Assembly: GCF_963506605.1 (NCBI RefSeq)
Contig: NC_083289.1
Span: forward strand, 27,900,001-27,964,000
Reading direction: 5' to 3'
DNA length: 64,000 bases
From: Zootoca vivipara
Taxonomy: Eukaryota
Part shown: positions 37,457 through 49,720 of the stretch, piece by piece
Numbering within the stretch: the first letter of the stretch is position 1
Layout of the letters: each line of letters opens with the position of its first letter
The notes under the pieces: generated by a model
What the model saw: the letters and a program-made list of their open reading frames with translations, nothing else
Told to the model about the DNA's origin: nothing
Database searches by the model: none
Translations under genes and position numbers: made by a program

Positions 37457-38319
37457 CATGGGTCGGCAAACTAAGGCCCGCGGGCCGGATCAGGCCCAGT
37501 GGCCTTCAAGATCCGGCTCACGGACGGTCCTGGAATCCAGGCAGCCGGCACTGCGCATGCACATGGTGGTTTTTGCGACTCAGCCAGGCTTGGGGGTCAA
37601 AAGTGAGGTGAGCGGCTGCTCGAGACAAGCCCCTTCTTCATCTGTCGTGTGCACACAGCAATCTTTTCTTCCAGGGTGGGGAAGAGGGAAAAGGAGCCAC
37701 AGTTCAGATTTCCACCATGGAGCTGCCGGTGACTTACCTCAGAAAGGGCAGTTGCAGCGGCAGGAGCTCAAGGCGCCTCTGAAGCGACGCCCGCTGGTTT
37801 CTGTGGCGGCGGGCATGGGTGCTCCCCGCCAAAGGAAGCGCGGAGCCCCTGGGTGGCTGCACTCCGAAGCAGTTCTGCGTTCTGCTGGGGAGGCCGCTCA
37901 TTAGCTACACGGTGTGAGCCACCGCCACCACCGCCTTGTCTTCCCTCATGCGGGGGAAAGAACATTTTTGCTTCAGCGGTGCTGGCCTGACTTAGTGTGG
38001 CCAACGGCTTTTCGCTTCACCCACCCATGCACCCACGCTCTCCAGGGCTGACAGGAATGGCGCACTTACCTCAGCCCCCCACCCCGCCTTACGAGAGAAA
38101 TAATAACTGTCAACACGTAAAACGCAAAGGAAGCAGCATGGGTTATGAGGGAACACCTCCCCCCCAAAAAAAAAAACATTTGGGCAACTTTGGGGTTGGT
38201 CCCAATAAGGGTTTTGGCCAAAAATGCGGGTCATAATCATGGCAACATATAGTCTGGCCCCCTACAAGGTCTGAGGGACAGTGGACTGGCCCCCTGCTGA
38301 AAACGTTTGTAGACCCCTG
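37457..38319 (-). mobile_element. Long (863 bp) member of the Charlie-like hAT family with GC-rich interior
   Basis: Both ends match the 300-bp MITE family termini; TSD TTGTAGGA (37449-37456) / TTGTAGGG (38320-38327). Confidence 0.75.
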
Positions 38320-38329
38320 TTGTAGGGGT

Positions 38330-39660
38330 TTCCCTGGATGAACAAAGGCGCCCCTCCAGGTACCAACCGCCTTAAAGGGCTCCATGCGCAACCCGCCATT
38401 GCCCACGAGAGGGCGCTGCTCCCTCGCTCCGTGGCAGAGCCACTTGCTTTCACCTTTGGGAGTCCCTTCGCTTAATTCAGCATCCTGGAAAATCCTCCCT
38501 GCAGGAGCGCCCCCTGGAGGGCATTGGTCGAGTTGCATAAGGAAATGGAAGGGAGCGGTCTCTGCCCGCAAGCGGCTTACAATCATCCTAATAGGCAGCG
38601 CAGTGAATGCTATGGGCGGGGGAGGGGGAGGATTTGAACTCGACCCAACCTGGGAGCGGGGAGGAAGCCAAAGTCGGGGGGCGGGGCTCCTGCTGCTGTC
38701 CTCAGTGCAGCCCTGGGGCTGCCGCTGCTCCGCTGGTCTGAGCGGTGGTGAGAAGGGAATCCCGCTCCCCCGTGCCAAGAATCAGCCCCACACCACGCCC
38801 CACACCTCTCGATCTTCCACTTCCCTTGGCAGCGCGCCTTGCCCGTTTCCTCCACTTGCCCGTTGCCCGTTGACCAGGAACCAACCACCAACAATCCATG
38901 CTGTTTGAAAGGGACCTTCTTTTGCAGCATCTTCGGCTGACCGGGGTGAGGGTCGTGCTTACCTGGCATAGGGACAGAAGGCGATTCTGTCTAGGGGGGC
39001 TGGGTGACATTTCGGGGTCCCGCCCCCTCCTCAGCCTCCGACCAACCCGCCACACACCAACCTGCATTGTGTGGACCCCTCCCCAATTTCAGCCCCCCCC
39101 CCATCTCCTCCCTTTCTTGATGTCACCAGTTGGTCTGGAAGCACCGCCCCGATCCCTCCCCCCACCCCGACGGCGCCCCGCGATTCCGGCACAGACAGGG
39201 AGAGACGCACCACAAAGAAAGGCGACGGCGGGCCACGGCAGGAGAGGCTGGGGCCGGGGAGAAGACTCGCGTCTGTGCTGGAGGTGAGAGAGAGAGGCGG
39301 GCGGGCGGGCGGGCGGTGTCTCTGCCTTCAAAGGCTGCTGGCTCTGTGCCGGGACTCAGCCCCGAGTCGAGACCTGTTAGCAGCCAAGACAGACAGTGCC
39401 TCTGCCCATGTGCCGAGTCTTTTTTCCCGGCAGAGGCAGGACAGGCGGAGGAAAGCCCCTCTCCCCTGGCACAATAGCGCGCCAGGAATCCCCCCCCCAA
39501 GAGAAAGCCCCTGCAGTTATCAATTTAGCGTGGGAGGGGCAGAGGGATTTTATATTGCTAAAGGGCTTCCGAGATTTGGGGTGTGTGTATAGCCGTCTGA
39601 ATGGCTCTTTTCAACATTAGAGGGGCGCAGGTGATGGCCCCTCTGGCGCACCCCCCTCCC
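38330..39660. promoter_or_regulatory. Orphan CpG island with two CTCF-like motifs; candidate distal SEMA4B promoter
   Basis: CpG-rich, no recognisable CDS. TGCCCACGAGAGGGCGCTG at 38400-38418 (+), GAGCGCCCCCTGGAGGGCA at 38505-38523 (- strand match), ATTGG, GC boxes, donor GAG|GTGAGA at 39283/39284. Confidence 0.6.
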
Positions 39661-40254
39661 CAGCTTAGCATTGGCTGGGGATGTGACAACCAGCAGAGCT
39701 TGTAAGGGAGCTGGGACTGACCCCTCCTGAACTCTGGGGTTCAGCCGTGGCCCTTGGCAAGCAAAGCAACCTGATGCCCACGTGCCCCACCCATCTCAGC
39801 AAGGCGCTGGACCAGACCTCGGTCACCACACAGCCAGTCCTCAAGGGCCACCCTGAGGCAAGGAGAGGAAGGCATCGCAAGTGGGGTTCTAATGGCCCCC
39901 GCACACTATCTCGCCTGCATTTGCAAAACCCTTCATCTGCTGTTCCCCCACACCAGGTTGTGCTGCCAATCTGGGCACCCAAATGTTTGTATCTGTCTTA
40001 GATAGAGCATGCTTGCCAACTCAGATTTTGCCACAGAAGCTGTGAACAAAAGTGTATTTCGGAAGGACTGTCTGCCACAGGGGGGCTGCGGAGAGAGAAA
40101 GAGAAAGGGAGGGAGGGAAAGAGAGAGTCTGTCCCCCCAGAACCCTAGGAGAGCACCTGCTTTATAGGAACATATTTTAAAATTGCTTTTATATTCAATC
40201 TTGTTCTCCAATGAGTTCAAGGTAGTGTATATGGTTCACTCCTCCTCAATTACG

Positions 40255-40390
40255 GTAATTCTCTCAAACTTGGGGCCCCATCTGTTGTTAAACTACAACT
40301 CCCATCATTCCTAGCTAGAGCACCTGTGGTCAGGGATGATGGAAGTTGTAGTCCAGCAACTGATAGGGACCCAAGTTTGAGAAACACTGG
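40255..40390. mobile_element. Short palindromic hAT-type MITE
   Basis: TCTCAAACTTGGG...CCCAAGTTTGAGA arms around ACTACAACTCCCATCA / TGATGGAAGTTGTAGT. Confidence 0.7.
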
Positions 40391-42354
40391 GTTAGTGTGT
40401 CAGACTAGGACCCAGGAAACCAGGGTTCAAATCCCCATGGAGCTCATTGGGCCAGGTACTGTCTCTCAGCACATGGTTGTTGTGGATCAGGGAGCCACAT
40501 GCACACCACTTTGAGCTCCTTGGAGGAAAAACTGGGGTAGAAATGTAATAAACAAACACCAATCACCCCCAAAACCTATTTTCTGCTGCACCATGTTGCA
40601 GAGAACTTCCTGTCAGTGGACCATGACATCTTGAGAGCTTCAGGCTGGGAACTATTCCAACTTGGTTGGGAATTTTCATATTTAAAACCTTATTTCCTTC
40701 TCCCCCTCTCCTAGGTCCATTCTGAAAGCCCCAGCTGACCTCAGCATCTCTGGCCTCCCAGCCAGGTGAAACTAGTTCCTTGCATCTTAGCATCCACGCC
40801 AGCTGCTCAGAGCTGAAGAAGGTGAGTGTGAGGACCCTCAGCTTGTCAGCTCATGTGCTTCCTTTATGAGATGAAGCCTCGACAAATGGGCAAAGAAGTC
40901 GAAGCAGCTGCCAGCCGAGAGGGTATTTGGCATCTTCTGGGAAAGGCTGGGCAATCAGTGAGGGAACCTGCCTGCAAAAAAGGTTCCCCTCCAATGAATT
41001 TGGGTCCTTCCTTGGGCAAGTGCCATTCTATGAACCCCAGCCTACAATAGTGGGACCCACCAGGGTTATTGGGGAGGGCTTCCCCTGGTGTCATGTGGTG
41101 GGAGGCAGCTCACGGCCACATATCTTTCTTTCTGACAATATCCCGAGCTATTTAAGGGTAGAGTGTGTGTTGCGGGGGAGGGAGAAGGGATTGCCAGTCA
41201 CCATGTTTTTAGGGTGGCAGACATTTCCTTCCTTCTCTCCAACCTCCCTACCAAAATGTTTGAGAACAACTCAATTTCCACCAGGGCATCAATGGAAATA
41301 AAGGAAGTAGCCTGGAACAGCCAGGTCAGAGTATGTTTCCCTTGGCTTTATTGGAAAGCTAGAAGCGGGGAGGAGTGTCTGTGGTGGTGGTGATTTATTA
41401 ATTTACGTACTGCGTTATGTAGGTACCAAAATGGTTCCTAAGCAGTTTACAACGACAAAACCAAATATGCAGAGTACACAGCAGCATCAGAACACCCTTA
41501 ATTTGAGTTCACAATGAAACAAACAATTCAGAAAGCATGACAATTAAAGACAGTTTGAAAAAAGCAGCGAAAACAATAAAACCACAAGTTCAAGTTCAGG
41601 GAAAGGCTTACCTAAGCAGGTGTGTGACCAGGTGGTGGCAGAATGCCAACAGTAATGGGGTGTCTCGAATTTCATCAGGGAAGGCATTCCACAACACTGG
41701 TGCCACCAGCAAAAAAAAAATTAAATAAAACCCAACTTCTCTGTTGCCACAAGCTGATAATCATGAGATTGTGGGCCCTGCTGTGGTGCTGACGACCTGG
41801 CATTTGCCCAAGGGAGCTGCATTGCAGAATTGCTGTTTTGTTTTATGTGGCTGAATCTCTCCCTCCATCTGCCTTTGTTTTTGCCACCTTTGGTGCCCTA
41901 CAGGAACTGGCAGCAGCCATGACCACACACCCCTCTGTGGGAATGCTGTGGCCTTGAGGAGGCGGGGATTCCAACATCCGTTGCAGTTGCAAAAAGGGAC
42001 AGCCTCCCTGGCAGCCTGCTTGCACTCTTTGGAGTCATCAGTGGCCCTTGCTGGGTCTCTCGGCCATGGGAGGAGGGCACAGGGCATCTTGATTGAGTCA
42101 GCATGGCTTAGGACATGGCTCCTCTGAGCTGCTCCCCACATGCATGCTGACAGTACTGGGCAAGGAAGAGGCAACCCAAGAAGGCACTCGCTCATGTCTA
42201 TCCCAGCCAGCCTGGTTGACAGTGACTGGGGAGAGTTTTTCTCCCAGGGAGGATAGGGGACACCTGAAGGTCTGCACTGGGTCATCCAACTGGACCAGTG
42301 GCTGGATCTTGCTTCAGCATTGGCAACAGGACAGCACCCAAGTGCTGCAGTGGG

Positions 42355-42500
42355 TCACACCCACCCCATACACATTGAAAGTGCACGGGTTTCCCCAAAG
42401 AATCCTGTAGTTTACTCCTCAGAGAGCTACAATTCTCGGCACCCTTAACAAACTGTAGGATTCTTTGGGGGGAAGTCATGCACTTGAAATGTGGGAGAGT
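42355..42500. mobile_element. Palindromic MITE (PIF/Harbinger-like, tentative)
   Basis: CCCCAAAGAATCCTGTAGTTT ... AAACTGTAGGATTCTTTGGGG inverted arms. Confidence 0.6.
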
Positions 42501-44655
42501 CCCTGAGGGCAAGCAGTGGTGGGGGGTGCAGCAGGTCATATGGCACATGGGGGTCTGTCTCCCAATACTTTGCAGGGGCTCCCTCTCTCTCCCCCCCCCA
42601 ACACAGCACCTGGATCCTATAGGCAACAGGGCATAGGGTTGCCCTTCCCTTGTCTGAAGGCTGAAAGGGCCAGTGCTGAGCTCCTACAGGCTGGTCTCCC
42701 AGCTGCCTGCCCCTGCCTGCAACCAGATCTGGGCCCTGCCCTGAGCTAGGAGATCAAATGACACCATTGATTGTGTGGTTGATCAGATGTGCTTCCCAAC
42801 AGATCCCTTCCTCCCAAATCCCAGGGCACGACAATAGACCTGGGGCAAGCAAAGCTGGCTGGCTGCATTTTTCTCAGGCCCAGAGGTGTTCTGTGGGTGG
42901 GCACACAGCCAGCTAGCCACCTGGGCAGCCACCTGGAATCTCAGCCTCCAGGCTTCCTTTCCTAATGTCCAGAAGAAGGCTCAGCAGGGGAATGCCTGCC
43001 TTTTTGATAGGGAAGGAGTGCATGCCACACGTCGACATTTGCCCTCCCGGCCACCTCGTGAGGGAGCCCAGCGTTCCCAACAGGAGGCTCCCCAAGCCGC
43101 TAATCCACAACAAGCAAGGCACCCCAGCATGGGGGTGTGGTTGTGAGGTCTGTAGATGGAAGAAAGGGGCCCAAGCCCACAAGGGTGCCTCCTTACTCCA
43201 GGCATGGGCTGCCAGCCCCCTCCCCCATTTATCTATTGCCTCTGCCCGGTTGAATTGATGCATTTGTTTCAGTGGTGGGGTTGTGTAAGGATAGTGGTAT
43301 TAGAAACCCACCTGCCGCTGGAGATGCCTGAGCACCTCTGCAGGCAAATTGCAGGATTGCAAAGGGAAGGGCAGAAGCGCTGGGCTGTTTGGTTTCGAGC
43401 TCTCTATGCCCCTTCTTTCTCCTAACCACTGGCTGCCCTTGGAGAGTTTTGCTCCCACATTCCATCTCTCTGCCCAGGAAAGGGGAGGCCTGGGGTGCAG
43501 TTGGCCTCTCTCCCAAGCTGCTTTTGTCCTGGCTGCCAGCCAGGGCTTTGCCTCCTTCCTTTTGCAATGGGTGCTGCTGCCGCTGCCACCGCCCTCTGCT
43601 TGGGACCAATCCAGAGCCACATCTTGGGCTTGGCCACCATCCCTCTGGGAAGATTGAAACAGCCACTGCCTTTCCTCCTCCCCCACTTCCTCCCCCGCCT
43701 CTCTCTCCCCCCCTACTTTGCTCCGCTGGGCCCCTGATCCTCCCCGTGCTGATGCCAATGCTCATTGACCCACCACCTCGACCCTTGCTAGTTCCCGGGG
43801 GCCATTCTCTCATGCTCCTCTGTTGCCATGGCAAACCAAGTGGCAGGCATTCATCACGGGTTGCCGTGGTTACTGCTGGACTTATGCAGTGAGAAGGTCC
43901 TAGAGGGGGCTCCTGAGCAGAGTCCCACCTGGACCCCCTTCATCCTCCTCTCCCTCCTGACAGCTGTGTTTGGGAGGAAAGAAGCCTGCTCAACAGTCCC
44001 AGCACCCTAAAGAAAGGGAAGCAGAGAGAATCCTTTTTGTTAAGCCTGTGCATTGAAACCCTCCCCCATCTCCTCAAGTGCTTGCTCCTCTTGCTGCACA
44101 GTTTGTTTTCCTAAAGTGAGGGGAGAGGTGATGGTTCTGTGTACTCCCTTTTTGTGCAAAGACAGGGTGCGGGTGGGCCCCTGCCGGGGCTCCCGGAATC
44201 ATCATTTCCCTGGAAGAGTTGAGAGAGCAAATATCTGCACTGAGTTCAAGGCAAGAGTGGGAGATCTTCCTTTCTGAAAGTCACGGTTCCTGCCATGGTG
44301 CTCAGGAGCTGCTCCTCAATTATATGTGAACTGGAAGGCCGCAGGAGCCATGTTCTCTGCCACGAGCATGTCTCCCTCTCTGCTTCTCCCTTTAAGATGC
44401 AGAGGCCGAGTGTTGGGCATGAGCAAATGATTCCTTCGCCACCATCCTTGTCGCAGAGCTGCCACTACCCACTGGAAGGGGTGGGGGACTTAAATCCAGG
44501 CAATGCCAAAAGGTTTTTCCTTCCCAGAGCTCAGGGGGCTTCTTAATTCTTAGAACCACCCCACAAGGGTGTTGTGGTTGCTGGATGTGGAAGGGAAGCA
44601 GAAAGAGAGAGGGGGATAGAGTTCTGTGCATAGGTGACTTGGGGATTCTCTATTT

Positions 44656-44975
44656 CAGGGGTCAGCAAACTTTTTCAGCAGGGGGCCGGTCCACTGTCCC
44701 TCAGACCTTGTGGGGGGCCGGACTATATTTTGAAAAAAAAAATGAACAAATTCCTATGCCCCACAAATAACCCAGAGATGCATTTTAAATAAAAGGACAC
44801 ATACTACTCATGTAAAAACACCAGACAGGCTGCACAAATAACCCAGAGATGCTTTTAAATAAAAGGACACATTCTACTCATGTAAAAACATGCTGATTCC
44901 CGGACCTACTGCGGGCCGGATTTAGAAGGTGATTGGGCCTCATCTGGCCCCCGGGCCTTAGTTTGGGGACCCCTG
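44656..44975 (+). mobile_element. Complete Charlie-like hAT MITE (320 bp)
   Basis: TIRs CAGGGGTC...GACCCCTG; perfect 8-bp TSD CTCTATTT at 44648-44655 and 44976-44983. Confidence 0.92.
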
Positions 44976-45169
44976 CTCTATTTGTTCAGAGTGATGGTAT
45001 CCCACCCTTTGCTTCACCTCTAAAAACTCTCAGGGCAACTGACTTGTGAAATGAAAGCTAATGGAGTATTATTATTTTTTGCTGTGACTGGGGATGCACA
45101 CATCTCAGGCTCTGCTGGGTCAGCATCTGGAGCCTTGCAGGGTCTGCCATGACCATTTGGCTTTGTATC

Positions 45170-45735
45170 TTGCCTATGAAATTGCTCATACCTGTTCCAA
45201 GGTGCTCTGGGTGGGACTGTCTTTGAAGGTGGTTTTGAACCTGTAATGGTTATAGAAAGTGGCAGCCGAGGTTATATCACACCTATACTGGTTAAAGTGA
45301 CTGCTTGTTCATTCCTGTGCCCAGTTCAAGGTGCTGGTTTTGATCTTCAAGGTCTTAAACCGTTTAGGACCAGGTTACCTGAAGGGCTGTTTGCCCACCT
45401 GAACATTGAGATCAGCGCCTGAAGTCCTGAGGTCTGGCCTGCCAGCAGGAGAGATTAGATTGGTGGGCAGCAGGGACAGGGCCTTTTGAGTGGAGATCCC
45501 ACATCTCTGGAAGCCTCTCTCCAGGGAAAGATGTATATCTTGGACACTGATAGCCTTTAAGGGAACTCTGAAGATGTTTCTGTTCCAGCCTGTGTTTGAT
45601 TATTTCATATACTGTGCTTGAATTTCTTTTAAAAACCAGTGGTTCTATTGAAATTGCTGCTATCTTTATGAGCTTAAAACAGCTTGTGAACAACTTTTAG
45701 AAGGTGGTGGGTTATAAATATTTGAATAAATAAAA
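45170..45735 (+). mobile_element. Decayed L2-type LINE 3' region
   Basis: Remnant QFKVLVLIFKVLNRLGPGYLK motif and GGGTTATAAATATTTGAATAAATAAA tail. Confidence 0.65.
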
Positions 45736-47419
45736 ACCCAAAATACAGCACAACAATACAACACATACCGTCTTTAGGCATTACTGCCCTGAAGAGGAAG
45801 CACACGCATAATGGAACAACACTGCTAAATCATTGCCCAGCTAGTTCTAGATTCTCCATCGTTTGACTGCTATTCCTGAAGCAGGGAGCCTCCTGTGCTC
45901 ATGGAGGCTCCCCACAAATGCTCCTCCAGTGCAGGAGGGTTCCTGCATCAGAAGGAAGAGGACTTCAGCTAAAACCAGCTCCAAAGTATGTTGGGCAAGC
46001 AATAAGAGCATATTTGCCTGGCACCCAAAGGACATCAACACCAGATGAGAGTCTTGGTTGCAGATGCTGAGGTGGGCACTGCACTGGGTCTTCTCTCTCT
46101 CTCCACAGTTGCCACCCACCGGACTTCAGAGGGCTTCTACTGGAGGGCTCAGGTGACAATCATAAAGTCCAGGTGGGCTTATCTGTGAGGAGGAGGAAAG
46201 ATCCACAGCTGTGCCTGCCTGATATCGTAAAGCTGCTATTACATAAAAGCCCCCAGGGTGGCTTCCAACAGCATAATTGAAAACAGACACACGTAGCAAT
46301 AAACATAAAACCAGCAGTAATAAAAAAGAAAGCAGCAAAACTAAACAAAAACCCATAGCCAGTTTACAGCTTAAAGCCCAAGGAAATGCAGAAGTCCTTT
46401 GCCTGGCACTGAGATGACATCAGGCCTTTAATGGTGATGGGCAGCACTTTGAATTGTGCCCAGAAATGGATGGGCAGCAGCCTGGTGGCCAGGGGTCCTC
46501 TCTAGAGCCAGTCCCAGCCCAGCAGCTGCATTCTGTCCTGACATTTCTGGGGAACCTTCCAAGGCAGGCAAGCATGTGCACTGCAGATTGCAGCTGTGGT
46601 TTAAGCTAGGAAGTTTCAGCTCTCTAATTATTCTTGATGGACGGGTTGAGTTCTAGTCTGAAGAACATCAGAAGAGCCTGCCTGCAGCAGCTGGGTCACA
46701 CCACAGACTCACCTAATTCTGTATCATAAGCAAGCAGACCCTGAGCCCTCCTTTGCACTGGGCAGCACATGCTGTTTGGAAGCAGGGCAGAGTTGCCCAC
46801 TGGCATCTTAAAGTTTATGTGATGCAGGATTAGGCTTCCCAAGTCACCTTCTGAAAGGTAGAGGGCTCAGCCCAAAAGTGCACCCAGGGCAGAGGCAGAA
46901 GAACCTTCAGAAACCATCAAGTCAATAGCGTATTAAAGAAAAAGGGGGGGGGGAAACTGGCACAGAATTAAAGCATTAGGAATTAAAAATAAACACGTCC
47001 AAACAAGCTGACCAGGAAACTCAGCTCAGCACAGGGGTTGCCTTTTGCAAGTCAAGGCCCAGATAACTTTCTATTGCTTGTTACAGCTTTTGTACAGCCA
47101 TAGAGAAGGAATTAATCCGTTTATTCTTTAGCTGAAACAACTTATATACAAAAAAAAACCACTCCAAAATATTAGACCAGACAATTGAGCAACAGACAGA
47201 AGGCAGGAAACACATTAAGCCAATATTATAGTCGGCATTTTAATTTATTATCTGTTCTTTGTTTAACAAATATAGACATATAGGATGCTCAGTTAGGTGG
47301 TCCCCCACCTCCACCCCTCTCCGAATCATGGGTCTTGGCATCAGGATCAGCATGGGAGAGTTCCTCAATAAATAGTTCCTGGGGAAACTGGAGGGGCAAG
47401 AAAGACTAGCGGGCATCAA

Positions 47420-47940
47420 TGGAGCTGAATGTTGGGAGACTGAAGACAGATAAGAAAAAGCACTTCTTCATGCAGTGCATAGTCAAACTATGGAAATTGC
47501 TCCCACAGGAGGGAGTGATGGCCACCAACCCAGACTGCAGTAAAAGAGGATTAAACAATTTGATGGAAGAAAAGGCTATTATTGGTGACTACTAGCCATG
47601 ATGGCTTTGCTCTGCACCCGCACTTAGAAGCAGCAATGCTGCTGAATGCCAGTTGCTGGAACCCACAAGAGGGAAGAGTTGCTCTGGTGCTTGGGTTCAG
47701 CTTGCCGGTTTCCCACAGGCGTCTGGTGAGAACAGGATGCTGAACTGGATGGGCCATTGGCCTGATCCAGTAGGCCAGGCATAGGCAAACTCGGCCCTCC
47801 AGATGTTTTGGGACTGCAACTCCCATGATCCCTAGCTAACAGGACCAGTGGTCAGGGATGATGGGAACTGTAGTCCAAAAACATCTGGAGGCCCGAGTTT
47901 GCCTATGCCTGCAGTAGGCTTTCCTGATGTTCTTATGTTT
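47420..47940 (+). mobile_element. Older CR1-family 3' fragment (TGTTCTTATG tail) interrupted by a MITE
   Basis: ORF2-end remnant (KKKHFFMQCIVKLWKLLPQE) plus 3' UTR GATGGGCCATTGGCCTGATCCAG...TGTTCTTATGTT. Confidence 0.75.
47776..47911. mobile_element. 136-bp palindromic hAT MITE
   Basis: TIR CAGGCATAGGCAAACTCGG / CCGAGTTTGCCTATGCCTG; perfect TSD CAGTAGGC at 47768-47775 and 47912-47919. Confidence 0.92.
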
Positions 47941-48639
47941 TCAGAGAGAAAACAAGACACCCACTGGCACTGGGACATGATAATCTTCAAGGCTCCACTC
48001 TCCAAGGCAGATGCAGTCTGTGTTAAGAGATTCAGCACATTCAGGATAAGATTTTACATAAACAAAAACAAAATCAAGGAAAGGGGTGTGATCCCTGCTC
48101 AGGAGTGTTGTAATGATGGTGTTGATATTTCACATTTTACTTCCACCCTGTTGGTTCAGTGGTCCCTGACCCAGGCAGCTGTTAGGGTGGACTCTCAGCC
48201 ATTCACTTATGATGCACCAGAGGGAGTTGCAACCCAGGAGGAGGAGGGTCAGACTGGGCAGAGCCAGGTGCCCAGGGCAGGCTCAGAGCAGCGGGCCAGT
48301 TGCCAGGGGAACAGGCAGGAGCCTGTTGCAGGCCTGCCTCTCTGAGGCTGCCCTGCTGGTTGGCCCCACAGCCTGTGCGTCTCTCCCTCTCTGTTTGCCA
48401 GCCCTGCCTGGGCGCTCTGCCAGGGCGGGGTGGGCACGGTGCCCAGGGGAGCATGGAGATTAGCCCAGAGTTCAACAATACCCACAGGGCAGAGGAGCTG
48501 CCAGGGAGGTCTGGCCCAGTGCGGGGGGCAGGGGGTATGCGGACACTCCCACCCTTTGCTTCTCCCCAGTGGGGTGTCCTTGAGATGCCCTCATTCAGCC
48601 TAGCTCCAGGGAGAAGCAGTCATGGAGCCCAAGGAAGAG

Positions 48640-49720
48640 TTGGAGGAGAGGGGCGCGGGGGTGGGGCTGTCTTTGTCATAATGCCCTGGAGGGAAAGAGG
48701 TTGCCTTGGGCCCAAGAGGCTCTTTTGTTTTGGGCTGCGGTTTTGGGGTTCGCGGGGGGGCACCCATGGGTGCTAAAGCTGCCGCGTGCCTTGGTTTGAC
48801 GGCGCCGCCAGGCGAAGCCCCAACGAGGGTAGCTGCCTAGCTCGGGATTGGGGCGTCAGTTTTGGAGGGCGGGAGGGAGGAGGAGGAGGAGGAGGAGGAG
48901 GAACCGCTTGGGGGTGGTGCGGTTCTGGGAGAGATTAGCAAAGGGACGTTCAGGGCTGCTTTCAACGGCCGGGGGAAGGTGTTGGGGCGGGGACGGCTCT
49001 CGGAGCTTCCCCCACATCTCCTCCCTCTCCCTCTCCCTGTCTCTCTCTCTCTCAGGTCCGGACCTGTCTCTCCTCGAGGGAGGGGGCGGAGGCGCGGCCA
49101 CTCCCGCCCCGACGGGGGAGGAGGAACCAGAAAGAGCAGCAGCCCGAGCAGCTCCGAAGTTTTGCAACTTGATCCGCCCGCCTGCCTGCCTGGTCGAGCG
49201 AGCAAAGCCTCCGCCGCTGCTGCCCAGGCCCCGCTCCCCTCGGACCTACTGCGCCATGGGGCTCCGGGAGTCGGCGCTGCTGCTGCTGGGAGCGCTCCTG
49301 GCCGCCGCTGCCGAAGAGGAGCCGGTGCCGCGCCTGAGCCTGCGCCTCGGTAAGCTTGAGAGGTCGGGGGCGGCCCAGCCACAGCGGAGGCCCCGTCGAG
49401 GGATGCTCCTGGCCGGGGAAGCGGCGGGGGACCAGACCGACGCTGCTCTCTCGGCTTGCCCCTTCGGGGTCTGGTTGGTGGGGGGCGGGCGCTGATATTT
49501 CATGCTGCTGGTGGGGAGAAGGAGATCTCCGCAGGCTGATGGGGCGCTTTAGTATCTTGCGGGGGCTCGAGGGCGCGGAGCCCAGGGTCTTTTCCTTCTG
49601 CTCTTTGTAAAGCACCTCGAATACTGACACACACACCCCGAATACCGTGAGAGGCCCCCTGCCCGTGAAGAGGCTTTACCTTTGGGCTTCTTCCTCGACG
49701 TGGCGAGGACTGCCCTGGCA
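48640..49720. promoter_or_regulatory. SEMA4B CpG island
   Basis: CpG-dense; GC boxes (GGGGCGGG near 48983, GGGGCGG near 49083); (GGA)n tract at ~48875-48903. Confidence 0.8.
49256..49349 (+). CDS. SEMA4B: Semaphorin-4B first coding exon (signal peptide); I found no further exon in the window
   Basis: GCCATGG; MGLRESALLLLGALLAAAAEEEPVPRLSLRL(G) resembles human MGLR...PRISLPLG (recalled); phase-1 donor G|GTAAGC; synteny after IDH2. Confidence 0.85.

Noticed and set aside
42880-43900. Cluster of 100-200-aa overlapping ORFs between IDH2 and SEMA4B
   Set aside because: No recognisable homology or consistent exon structure; GC-rich chance ORFs.
44760-44890. Direct repeats resembling a CRISPR-like array
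   Set aside because: Internal tandem duplication of a hAT MITE in vertebrate DNA; no unique spacers.
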